A stretch of 64,000 nucleotides of DNA from Candidatus Bathyarchaeota archaeon (GCA_963775685.1 CAVZJV010000014.1:1856001-1920000), one strand, 5' to 3'. Counted from the stretch's first letter, positions 41,065 through 50,546 are shown. Notes: generated from the letters alone by a model not told the origin. A program made the numbers and translations.

Positions 41065-42051
41065 TTAGAATGTTGATATGTGCTGTTGTAGCGTTGGCCA
41101 CTTGTCGGGGATTTTTCTTGCGCTTGCTTCTATTTTTGTTATGCCGCAAACCTCGGAAATTTGATCTTGAATGTCAAACGACTGTGCCATGTCTCTTACT
41201 ATTGCTGTTAATTGAAGATCAAAATCGCCACTGGTCTTTGTGATGATAACTACATCAGGTATTTCCGCTAATGTCTCAACTAATGTATCTGTTAACCCCT
41301 CAGAAGTTGTAAAAGCTACGTTAATGTCCAATATCGAGGTATACCCAATTAAGTTTGGATTTATCTGTATGGAGACTTTTATCGCGCCATTCTCCTTGAG
41401 TTTATAATACCTTTTTAAAATTGTATCTGTTGAAGTGCCCAACTCTTTAGCGATTTTTGTAAATGAAATGCGTCCATTTATGGCTAATATGCTTGCAATG
41501 TGTCTGTCTAAAGCATCAATTTCAACAGGAAAAGAGCTTTTGTTGATTGATTGTTTTGAATTTTTCAAGCTTTCTTTTTCTCTGTCTTTTAGGCTTCTTG
41601 TAAAATCCAAGTTCTCAGGCCTATTTCTTACGCCTGCCCAGATGTATGTTTTTAAACCCGTTGTTGGCAGTTTGCGCTTAATCAACTGTTTTATGTAGTC
41701 TAATTCATTTAGATCTTTTAGGATTGCAACTGCTCTCACGTTATAAACGCTATTGTATTGCCGGTATGCACGTACCTCAGTCAGGTTTTCTGAAAATTTA
41801 CCTAGGTTGTTTTCTAACTGCTGTGCTTCTACGCTAATAAGGAAAGTTGCAAGCGCCGCGTTGCCAAATTGTCTGAAATCTATTTGTGTCGTAGCTCCTT
41901 TAATTATGCCTTTTTTTTCCATCGCTTTGCATCGTTTCCAAACTTTGTTTTTTGGTTCTCCGCATTCGTTTGCAATAGTGCCGTAGCCAGCTCGTCCATC
42001 TTGTAATAACCTTTTTAGAATTCTTGAATCTAGTTCACTTATTTTGGCCAC
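41065..42051 (-). CDS. Tandem-domain Lrp/AsnC transcriptional regulator
   Basis: SELDSRILKRLLQDGR; IDALDRHIASILAINGR; KTSGDFDL; ends WP....ISTF. Confidence 0.9.
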   Translation of the reverse strand: MAKISELDSRILKRLLQDGRAGYGTIANECGEPKNKVWKRCKAMEKKGIIKGATTQIDFRQFGNAALATFLISVEAQQLENNLGKFSENLTEVRAYRQYNSVYNVRAVAILKDLNELDYIKQLIKRKLPTTGLKTYIWAGVRNRPENLDFTRSLKDREKESLKNSKQSINKSSFPVEIDALDRHIASILAINGRISFTKIAKELGTSTDTILKRYYKLKENGAIKVSIQINPNLIGYTSILDINVAFTTSEGLTDTLVETLAEIPDVVIITKTSGDFDLQLTAIVRDMAQSFDIQDQISEVCGITKIEASARKIPDKWPTLQQHISTF

Positions 42052-42181
42052 GTGCTTTTCCCTTTTGTTATCTTATTTTTTGGTTATTTGCACTTGAATT
42101 TCTTGTTTTTTCTAGTTTTAGGCGATACTGCTGGTAAACATTTTATTTGATGATATCTTAATGATTGATCCTTAGTTAGTG

Positions 42182-43174
42182 CTAGAAAGTTGATATGTAC
42201 TGGCGAGGACTTGGCCACTTCATCCACATTTCGCCTATTCTTGAGATTTCTGATTCAATTTTATTTATCCCTGGGATCTTTCCAATCTCCTCTTGAACAT
42301 AAAGCAGTTGATCGATATTTTGGACAATTGCGTATACTTCAAGGTCATAATCTCCGGATGTTTTCATAATGCTTATGATATTAGGTAGCATGCAGAGTTT
42401 ATCAATAATTAAGTGGGATGTTTCTCCTAAAGTTGAAATGAAAAAGATGCAAATTGCTTGGTATCCGATTCTTTTGAGATTAATCTGAATCGTGACTTTT
42501 AATACGCCGTTTTTCTTCAGTCTTTCATACCTTCTTTTTGAGGTAGCAACAGAAATTCCAATTTCCTTGCTTAACCTTTCCATTGATATTCGACCGTTTT
42601 CAGCGAGTTTATTGGCTATTTTTTTGTCGATTTCGTCGGTAGTACCAGTTTGGGTTTTGACTTCTTTCTCCATCGTCGCTGCATGACTGTCTTCCGAAAC
42701 TTCTTTGAAGTTGAGCGGAATAATGGCAAGGTTTTCATTCATTTCTTTTACATCTGTCCAAATTGCAGTTTTCATTTCCAAAATAGAAAAAGACCGCTTA
42801 ATCAAGTCCTTGACCTCGTTGAGTTGCTCAAGTGCTTTGAGGATTACAACTACGTCTATGTTTCCTTTTACTTCCCTATTGTAAACCGAATAAACTTCTG
42901 GCGTTTGTTGTAGTTGTTTGACGAGTTTGTCTGCTTGTCGGGGGTCTACGTTTATTAAGATGTGTGCAACTGCTTTGTAACCAAAACTTTTGTAGTTGAC
43001 GTGAATTGTAGCGCCTGTTATGATGCCTCTTTCTTCCATTTGAAGATAGTTTTTTTTAACATTCTCTTTGGTTAGATTTAATTTTTTTCCAATTTCGTTT
43101 TCGGTTTTACGTCCATCTGCTATTAACTCTTTGAGGATTTTTGCTTGAATTTCAGTAACTATCTTGGTTAAGAT
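42182..43174 (-). CDS. Tandem-domain Lrp/AsnC transcriptional regulator (N-terminally extended)
   Basis: Frame is open upstream of ATG 43039 and encodes the first HTH (TEIQAKILKELIADGRK); probable non-canonical start near 43174; ends WP....ISTF. Confidence 0.85.
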   Translation of the reverse strand: MLTKIVTEIQAKILKELIADGRKTENEIGKKLNLTKENVKKNYLQMEERGIITGATIHVNYKSFGYKAVAHILINVDPRQADKLVKQLQQTPEVYSVYNREVKGNIDVVVILKALEQLNEVKDLIKRSFSILEMKTAIWTDVKEMNENLAIIPLNFKEVSEDSHAATMEKEVKTQTGTTDEIDKKIANKLAENGRISMERLSKEIGISVATSKRRYERLKKNGVLKVTIQINLKRIGYQAICIFFISTLGETSHLIIDKLCMLPNIISIMKTSGDYDLEVYAIVQNIDQLLYVQEEIGKIPGINKIESEISRIGEMWMKWPSPRQYISTF

Positions 43175-43393
43175 TAATACCCCTTGTTAAGAATTCATGG
43201 TCTTTTTCTATTATATTAATTAATCGAGTGTTTTATCTTTTATTTTGGGAATGATTCAAATCTGAGAAAATTGTCAGATGTTATTGCCTTTTCTTTGTAA
43301 ATAAAGAAATTTCATCGAACAAAAATGTAGTCTTTAAAAACTTTTAAATATGAAGAAGGCGCTTGGTCTCGCTCACAAATCGGAGAAAAGAAA

Positions 43394-45994
43394 ATGAACT
43401 CTAGAAAAACAATTTCGCTAATCTTAGTATTAGCTTTTGCAGCAACATTAGTTATATCAATACCTACACTAACAGTCAACGCACAGACGACACCTACGCA
43501 GAAAACTTTCCCAGTCATAGATGCTATTCCTAATCCAATTGGGGTCGGACAAGTAACACTGCTAAAAACCGGAATCTTACAGCAAATTGCTGGTTCTCTA
43601 AACGGTTGGACTGGCATAACAATAACTGTAACTAAACCGGACGGCACAACCCAAACACTTGGACCTTTCAAAACTGACTCAACAGGATCAACTTTTACAC
43701 AGTATACACCCGATGAAGTAGGGACGTACATTTTAACTACGAACTTCCCGGAGCAAATCAACCCTGAAACCTACTATAACAATGAAGGAGGCAACTATAT
43801 TCTCGCAGGCACTATCATGCAAGCAAGCACTGCAACAACCAACCTCACTGTACAGCAAGAACCATTACCCTTCTATCCAGGACATGCTCTTCCAACAGAA
43901 TACTGGAACCGACCAATCGACCCACAGCTTAGAGAATGGTACTCTATCTCAGGCAACTGGGTAGCTAGACCAGACAATTCAGTAGCACTCTATAACGACG
44001 ACGCACCAGAAACAGCTCACGCACTATGGGCGCTCCCAATAACCACTGGAGGCTTAATGGGTGGTCTATGGGGTGACGGGCAAGTTCCATCAAGCGCTGA
44101 AGCAGGCGACGCATATGAAGGCAAATTCCCTAACTCAGTCATACTCAACGGAATACTCTACTACCAAAGAACAGATACCCGAAGAGAAACGGCACCAGCG
44201 ATTATCGCAGTTGACCTTCACACAGGCGAACAATGGATGTTCAGAAACACCACTACATTATCATTCGCTCAAATCTTGTATTTTAACAGCTACAACTACG
44301 ACGGCACTTTCTCATACATCTGGGATACAACAGGTCGAGTAGCTGACGACCCAAGCACACCAAGCGTAAACGAAGGATACACCTATTGGTCTGCGTACGA
44401 TCCATTCACTGGCAATGAGCAAATGAGGATCTCCAACCTTCCATCAGGAACACGCTTCTTTGGACCTAGTGGCGAATTTCTCATACTACAAATCGATTAC
44501 AACAATGGTTGGATGGCTCTCTGGAATGAAACAGATTGCGGACTTCAGAATGCAGTCATCGGCACACCCGACTATGGCAGCTGGGGCAACACAGCTCACG
44601 GAACCGCATTGTCAAATCCAGCTCGTTATCCAGGCTTAAATGCAACAAACCCACGATGCTACACATGGAACGTCACAATCCCCAAAGGCTTAGGAACTAC
44701 TAGCGGAATCGGCGGACCAGCACTAAAAATCTACGTTGAAGACAGAATAGTTGGCATGATGTTCAACCAAACAAACGTTAACATATGGTCACTTGACATT
44801 TCACCTGGACATGAAGGTGCAGTCATATACAACAAGAGCTGGTCACCACCAGCAGAATGGGCAGAAGGCTCAATCACATTAGCCTATACACAAGCAACCA
44901 ATTATGTTAAAGACAGCACATACGGAAACGGTGTGATTGGATTATGGGCAAAAGAAATACGAACACACTACGGCTTTAGCGTCCAAACTGGAGACTTCCT
45001 CTGGAACACTGACTCTGAAATCTACCTAGACGCTTACGGTTGGGGCAATGCAGAACATACATGGTACTTCGCAGATGGCAAACTCTACTCAGTTGGAGTC
45101 GGAGGCATACTATACGCCTACGACCTTGCAACTGGCAAAATCGCTTGGACATACGTAATGTCGGATCCATACAAAGAACCAGTAACCGGTGAAAACTGGT
45201 GGGGCTGGATAGATCTAATAGCTGACGGAAAAATCTACATCGGCACACTCGAACACTCTGCTGAACAGCCAGTACCACGCGGTGGACCTTATGTTTGCGT
45301 TAACGCAACAGATGGCAGTGAAATCTGGCGAGTCAACGGCATGTACCGTCAAACCCGTTGGGGTGGAAACGGAGTCATTGGTGACAGCATCATAGCAACT
45401 ATGGACACATACGACCAGCAAGTATGGGCAATCGGCAAAGGACCAAGCAAAATCACAGTTGATGCACCAAACATAGGTGTTCCAGCATGCAACAGTATAG
45501 TTATACGCGGTACAGTCACTGACATATCCCCGGGCACAGAGCAATACGCAAAAGAAGCACGCTTCCCCAATGGTGTACCAGCAGTATCAGACGAAAGCAT
45601 GAGCGCTTGGATGCTGTACGTTTACAAGCAATTCGAGCGGCCAATGAACGCAACCGGTGTACCAGTAGCTTTAGATGTAATCGATGCAAACGGTAACATC
45701 CGCAATATCGGCACGACTACAACCGACGCAAACGGCTTCTACAGCCTTCAATGGACCCCTGATATACCCGGCAAATACACATTGTTCGCAACATTCTCTG
45801 GCTCTAACGCTTATTATGGTTCATCTGCAGAAACATCATTTGCAGTCGAACAAGCCGCAGAACCAACCGCCGCACCAACAACAACACCTGCATCAACAAC
45901 TGAGCAATACTTCCTTCCCTCAGTAGCAGCCATCATTGTTGTCATAATCATAGTTGGCGCAATGACAATATTGCTACAGAGAAAAAGACCATAA
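43394..45994 (+). CDS. Large membrane-anchored surface protein with PQQ-like beta-propeller (paralog of 37576-40416)
   Basis: Shared PNPIGVGQ, LPTEYW.RPI, ISGNW, IADG, GKGPS, RGTVTDIS, FPNGVP, W.PDIPG.Y; TM helix plus RKRP. Confidence 0.85.
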   Translation: MNSRKTISLILVLAFAATLVISIPTLTVNAQTTPTQKTFPVIDAIPNPIGVGQVTLLKTGILQQIAGSLNGWTGITITVTKPDGTTQTLGPFKTDSTGSTFTQYTPDEVGTYILTTNFPEQINPETYYNNEGGNYILAGTIMQASTATTNLTVQQEPLPFYPGHALPTEYWNRPIDPQLREWYSISGNWVARPDNSVALYNDDAPETAHALWALPITTGGLMGGLWGDGQVPSSAEAGDAYEGKFPNSVILNGILYYQRTDTRRETAPAIIAVDLHTGEQWMFRNTTTLSFAQILYFNSYNYDGTFSYIWDTTGRVADDPSTPSVNEGYTYWSAYDPFTGNEQMRISNLPSGTRFFGPSGEFLILQIDYNNGWMALWNETDCGLQNAVIGTPDYGSWGNTAHGTALSNPARYPGLNATNPRCYTWNVTIPKGLGTTSGIGGPALKIYVEDRIVGMMFNQTNVNIWSLDISPGHEGAVIYNKSWSPPAEWAEGSITLAYTQATNYVKDSTYGNGVIGLWAKEIRTHYGFSVQTGDFLWNTDSEIYLDAYGWGNAEHTWYFADGKLYSVGVGGILYAYDLATGKIAWTYVMSDPYKEPVTGENWWGWIDLIADGKIYIGTLEHSAEQPVPRGGPYVCVNATDGSEIWRVNGMYRQTRWGGNGVIGDSIIATMDTYDQQVWAIGKGPSKITVDAPNIGVPACNSIVIRGTVTDISPGTEQYAKEARFPNGVPAVSDESMSAWMLYVYKQFERPMNATGVPVALDVIDANGNIRNIGTTTTDANGFYSLQWTPDIPGKYTLFATFSGSNAYYGSSAETSFAVEQAAEPTAAPTTTPASTTEQYFLPSVAAIIVVIIIVGAMTILLQRKRP

Positions 45995-46071
45995 ACACAG
46001 CAGAAAACAACCATCAACAATCTTTCCTTTTTTTAGTCTTTAAATATTAAAAAAAATTTGGTGAACAGATA

Positions 46072-46185
46072 GGGGCTTAGTTGGCTCTGGGTGTGTTTCG
46101 CAATGTTAGCCATAGTTTTCGTATGGAGCGTTTTTGCATTTCGCTCTTTCTCCTTAAGTTTGGTCCAGTGCCTCAGCAAACCCTT
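46072..46185 (-). ncRNA. Candidate structured ncRNA, copy 2
   Basis: 46107-46185 differs from 40527-40606 at 4 positions; AAAAAG-TTAATA BRE/TATA-like upstream and T8 tract downstream on minus strand. Confidence 0.55.
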
Positions 46186-46285
46186 CCTTATGCAAACCAA
46201 AATAGATGTATTAACTTTTTGTAAAGTGAACCTTTCAATACAGTTGAGCTTTTTTCAGACTAAACTGACAGAATTTACAATAGTT

Positions 46286-46409
46286 TGGCGCCGGGGAAGG
46301 GATTCGAACCCCTGCGAGCACGAAGCCCACCAGCTATCTTGCCTTTTCAGGCTCAGCCCTCTTTTGTATAATCTCGAGGCTGGCGCGATAACCACTCCGC
46401 CACCCCGGC
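46286..46409 (-). tRNA. tRNA-Ser(CGA) with 37-nt intron at 37/38 (46336-46372), encoded CCA
   Basis: GCCGGGG/CCCCGGC acceptor, CCAGC-CTCGAG^A-GCTGG anticodon arm, long variable arm, GGTTCGAATCC, G73 discriminator. Confidence 0.93.
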
Positions 46410-46908
46410 TCCAGCCTAAACATTTGCAGTTGTGGCTAAAAGAGTTTTCACTTGAGACAAAATAATTTAGTTCAGTTTTTTGACCCCTTCTAAAGAAAGA
46501 CTGAAGACATGATTAATCTCCACTATAACCTAGATCCGAACCACCCAAACCTACACATCTAAATGAAACATAGACTTAATGATGAGACAAAGCATTTTGC
46601 ACGACAGTGTTATCTTTCAGAAGTAAATACAACTTATACTTGCGAGTTTAACCCATATCCCTGAAATACCAAAACAGAAACTAAGTTGTTCAAAACCAAG
46701 TAACTTATTCAAACAAAAAACAAAGCAATATTTAGGCGCAGAAATCTCTATCGATTTCAAACTATAGGTAACCATTAAAATACTCTAACAACTCAAGAAA
46801 TAAGAGTTGTGAAATTTCTTTTTCAGAGTTTGCGCTCACTTTTGCGTTTTTAATGGCAACGTTTATAACCCCTTTTACTATTTGCTAAAGGCGCGAAGCT
46901 GAAGTACT

Positions 46909-47923
46909 ATGGGACATCGTAAAACTCATGCTCCAAAACATGGTTCACTAGCCTACTTGCCAAGGCACCGTGCAAAGAAACCAACAGCACGAATCAGATA
47001 TTGGCCAGAAACAAAGTCAGATTCACCTAGGCTTTTAGGATTCACATCCTACAAAGCAGGCATGACATACATCTTCACCATCGAAGATCGGAAACGTTCT
47101 CCACACTTTGGAAAAGAAGTCGCGCGAGCAGCAACCATACTAGAAACGCCGCCGATAATTATCTGTGGCATTAGAACTTACACAAAAACACCGTATGGCC
47201 TCAAAAACATAACGGAAGCTTGGATGAAAGAGCCACCAGCCGCACTAGATCGCCTGCTGGTTTTGCCCGACAACTTTAACACAGAAGCCATGCTTCAAAA
47301 AATCCAAGACAGCCTCGAGCAGACAAACATAGTTCGAGTAATCACCGCCACACAACCCACACAAACAAGCCTCTCCAAAAAGAAACCTGAAGCATGTGAA
47401 ATCCAAATCGGCGGGGGAACCATCGCTCCAACAATTTGAGTACGCTAAACAGCTACTCGGCAAAACCGTGACGCCTGAAGAAGTCTTCAAAGACGGACAA
47501 TACATTGACGTCGCAGGAATCACCGTGGGCAAAGGTTTCCAAGGTCCAGTTAAACGCTGGGGGGTAACCTGTCTGCAGCATAAAGGCAGAAAAACCAAAC
47601 GAGGCATCGCCACGCTCGGTCCATGGAATCCCCACCATTTAATGTACAGCATCCCCAGAGCAGGACAGATGGGCTATCACCAACGCATCGAATATAATAA
47701 ACGCATTATGAAAATCGGTAAAGACGGCAAAGAAGTCACAGTTAAAGGCGGATATATCCGATATGGCGAAGTAAACGGACCATACATCCTAATTGAAGGA
47801 AGCGTACCCGGAACAGAAAAACGCCAAATCCGACTGAGAGTTCCAGCACGTCCACCAACGGAAGTACCCGAAGCAGCACCGCAAGTCACATATATTTCGT
47901 TGGAGTCCCCACAGGGAAAATAG
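46909..47923 (+). CDS. rpl3: 50S ribosomal protein L3, +1 frameshift near 47428
   Basis: PKHGSLAYLPR, YKAGMT, EIQIGGG then GKGFQGPVKRWG, PRAGQMGYHQR, GSVPG. Confidence 0.95.
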
Positions 47924-47935
47924 GAGAAATAAGCA

Positions 47936-48721
47936 ATGGCACAAAAAATAGCAGAAATCTTTGACTTACAAGGCAAAGCATCAGGCAAAATCACTCTTCC
48001 CCAAGTTTTCTCAACGCCCCTAAGACCAGACGTGATAAAACGTGCAGTCTTAGCTATCCAGTCCAACCGAAGACAGCCGCAAGGCAGAGATCTGATGGCT
48101 GGAAAGAAAACAACTGCCGAGTCACGAGGAACCGGCAGCGCAACAGCAAGAGTCCCACGCATAAAAAGCGGTAGCGGCAGAGCAGCTTTTGCTCCGAGCA
48201 CTGTTAAAGGTAGACAACCCCACCCACCAAAAGCCGAAAAACGCATAATAAAAAGTATCCCAAAGAAGGAAGCAAAATTAGCTTTAACTTCGGCCATCGC
48301 AGCAACCGCACAAAAGGAAACAATAACCTCCCGCGGGCACAAAATCGGTAACATTTCACAGTTTCCGTTAGTCGTTGAAGATGCAATTGAAGGCTTAACG
48401 AAAGCAAAAGAGGTAGAAGACGCATTCGTGAACCTAGGCATTGACGAAGACTTAATCCGAGTAAAAGACAGCCGAAACATCCGTGCTGGCAAAGGCAAAC
48501 GCAGAGGCAGAAAAATGAAACAAGCCGTTGGGCCACTCATCGTTGTTGTTGATGGAAAAAGTTTAGTTAACGCGGCCTCTAATCTTCCAGGCGTTGATGT
48601 AACAACCGTTGCCAACCTTAACACTGAAATGCTTGCACCAGGAACCCATCCGGGACGATTAACAGTATGGACTAATGGCGCTATCGAAAAATTAACCACT
48701 CTTTATGGAGAACAAGTGTAA
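47936..48721 (+). CDS. rpl4: 50S ribosomal protein L4
   Basis: RPDVIKRA, TTAES.GTG, IRAGKGK.RGR, LAPGTHPGRL. Confidence 0.96.
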   Translation: MAQKIAEIFDLQGKASGKITLPQVFSTPLRPDVIKRAVLAIQSNRRQPQGRDLMAGKKTTAESRGTGSATARVPRIKSGSGRAAFAPSTVKGRQPHPPKAEKRIIKSIPKKEAKLALTSAIAATAQKETITSRGHKIGNISQFPLVVEDAIEGLTKAKEVEDAFVNLGIDEDLIRVKDSRNIRAGKGKRRGRKMKQAVGPLIVVVDGKSLVNAASNLPGVDVTTVANLNTEMLAPGTHPGRLTVWTNGAIEKLTTLYGEQV

Positions 48722-48981
48722 TGAATATTAATGAAATAATTACTTTTCCTTTGATGACGGAATCCGCCAGTGTTATGGTCGAAAAAGACAACAAACTAAT
48801 CTTTGTGGTCAACTTTAAAGCGGGCAAAACCGACGTTAAACGCGCGGTGGAGACTCTCTATGAAGTTAAAGTCAGCAAGGTAAACTTGCTTATTACTCCT
48901 CAAGGCGAAAAGAAAGCGTTCGTGAAGCTAAGACCCGAATTTAGGGCTTCAGACGTTGCAATTAAACTTGGAATACTCTAA
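48721..48981 (+). CDS. rpl23: 50S ribosomal protein L23
   Basis: P..TE, NKLIFVV, KKAFVKL, ASDVA.KLG. Confidence 0.96.
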   Translation: MNINEIITFPLMTESASVMVEKDNKLIFVVNFKAGKTDVKRAVETLYEVKVSKVNLLITPQGEKKAFVKLRPEFRASDVAIKLGIL

Positions 48982-49001
48982 ACTTGTAGAAGGTATGATT
49001 T

Positions 49002-49742
49002 ATGGGAAAACGAATTCGTGTTCAAAGACGTGGTCGCGGTGGACGAAACTTCCGCGCCAACACTCACAAACGTGTGGCTCCAGCAAAGTATCCACCGATA
49101 GCACCTAAACAATCTTATGAAACTTCAATAATGGGCATCATAACAGAGCTTGTACATGACCCAGGCCGCGGATCACCATTGTCAATAATCAAATTTGAGA
49201 ATGGCTTATCCATATATACGGTTGTTCCTGAAGGCGTTTTCACTGGGCAACAAATCTGCTATGGCGGAAAAGCTCCCGCTGAAATAGGCAATATTATACC
49301 CTTAGGCAAAGTTCCTGAAGGAACCATTGTTTGCGATCTTGAGCTTCGTCCAGGTGACGGGGGAAAAATGGCAAAGTCTTCAGGTGCATACGCAACTGTT
49401 GTCGGTCACACACCTCAAGGTACCATGATTAGATTGCCTTCAAAGAGAACACGCTACATTAACGATTACTGTTTGTCAACTGTTGGTGTAATTTCTGCTT
49501 CAGGAAGAATTGAAAAACCCTTCCTTAAAGCAGGCGCGAAATTCCACTTAATGAAAGCTAAAGGTCACACCTACCCACGTACCAGTGGTCGTAAAATGGT
49601 TCCGGCAGTTCACCCATTCGGTAGCAGCAAACGAAGTTCTCGCAGATGCACAACTACATCGCATGGTGCTCCACCAGGACAGAAAGTCGGATTAATCGCC
49701 GCAAGGGGTCCAGGACAGAAGAAAAAACGGGCAATACGCTAA
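49002..49742 (+). CDS. rpl2: 50S ribosomal protein L2
   Basis: MGKRIRVQRRGRG, HDPGRG, PGDGGK, HPFG, PPGQKVGLIAAR. Confidence 0.96.
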   Translation: MGKRIRVQRRGRGGRNFRANTHKRVAPAKYPPIAPKQSYETSIMGIITELVHDPGRGSPLSIIKFENGLSIYTVVPEGVFTGQQICYGGKAPAEIGNIIPLGKVPEGTIVCDLELRPGDGGKMAKSSGAYATVVGHTPQGTMIRLPSKRTRYINDYCLSTVGVISASGRIEKPFLKAGAKFHLMKAKGHTYPRTSGRKMVPAVHPFGSSKRSSRRCTTTSHGAPPGQKVGLIAARGPGQKKKRAIR

Positions 49743-49788
49743 AGGAAACTATAAAAAGGGAAAAAATCAAATTTAGGAAAGATGAAAA

Positions 49789-50193
49789 ATGCCGAAAGAA
49801 TTTAGCTACCGTGGACATAGTCTTGTTAGCCTAACAGGCATGTCTATGGATGAATTCATCAATTTGCTTCCTTCACGCCAACGAAGAAGCCTACAACGTG
49901 GATTAACAGCCGAACAACGCATACTGCTCGAGAAATTACGTGAAGCAAAAGAAGCCCAAAAACAAGGCAAAGATGTCAGCTTAAAAACACATGTCCGTGA
50001 TCTAATCATTCTGCCCGAGATGGTGGGTGCGAAGATCGGCGTTCACAACGGCAAGGAATTTGTTGGAATGGAAATCAGGCCAGAAATGATTGGTCACTAT
50101 CTTGGTGAATTCGCCATAACTAACAAACCTGTTAGGCATGGAACTCCAGGTATCGGTGCGTCACGTTCGTCAATGTACGTGCCACTGAAATAA
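49789..50193 (+). CDS. rps19: 30S ribosomal protein S19
   Basis: [37 protein letters not shown]. Confidence 0.97.
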   Translation: MPKEFSYRGHSLVSLTGMSMDEFINLLPSRQRRSLQRGLTAEQRILLEKLREAKEAQKQGKDVSLKTHVRDLIILPEMVGAKIGVHNGKEFVGMEIRPEMIGHYLGEFAITNKPVRHGTPGIGASRSSMYVPLK

Positions 50194-50200
50194 ACCGTTT

Positions 50201-50230
50201 CTTTTTTTTCTTTTTCTTCTTTGTTTTGTT
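50201..50230 (+). terminator. Oligo-T terminator after rps19
   Basis: CTTTTTTTTCTTTTTCTTCTTT directly after the stop codon. Confidence 0.65.
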
Positions 50231-50287
50231 GATGCTTCATACCCACAAGAGTATTAGTGAAAAATTTATAGTCCAATTATATCAAGT

Positions 50288-50450
50288 TGCATAAATCGTA
50301 GGTTGGATAAGATTATTGACCTCGGGTGATCTGCCCCCGATTTATAGTAATAAGAAAAAAGGTTCTTCCCTCTTGGGCGGACCTCTTCTCTTCTTTGCTT
50401 ATAGAATCAACCTACAAGTGGTCCATAGTAGGGCGGGAGCGTAGACTGTT
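50288..50450 (+). ncRNA. Candidate structured intergenic RNA
   Basis: GTAGGTTG/CAACCTAC and ATAAG/CTTAT close two internal hairpins; GAAAAA-TTTATA promoter-like element about 25 nt upstream. Confidence 0.45.
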
Positions 50451-50546
50451 AAAATTTTACTTGAACCGATAAGTTTGCGAATTTTTTTTTACTAAGTAAA
50501 GTGTTAATACTGCAACACGGTTATTTTCTATTGAGGCTTTTCTAGT

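Noticed and set aside
36389-46290. Integrated element at tRNA-Ser
   Set aside because: No integrase, no duplicated tRNA 3' end and no viral or plasmid genes seen
46091-46465. 124-aa ORF (and the 89-aa ORF at 63180-63449)
   Set aside because: Antisense to tRNA genes or the repeat element; spurious
47430-47445. Selenocysteine/stop readthrough at the TGA ending the first rpl3 and COG2187 fragments
   Set aside because: Homology continues in a different frame, so these are frameshifts rather than readthrough
47677-48699. 340-aa minus-strand ORF and similar long antisense ORFs (e.g. 3502-4167, 2343-2849)
   Set aside because: Shadow frames of well-conserved genes
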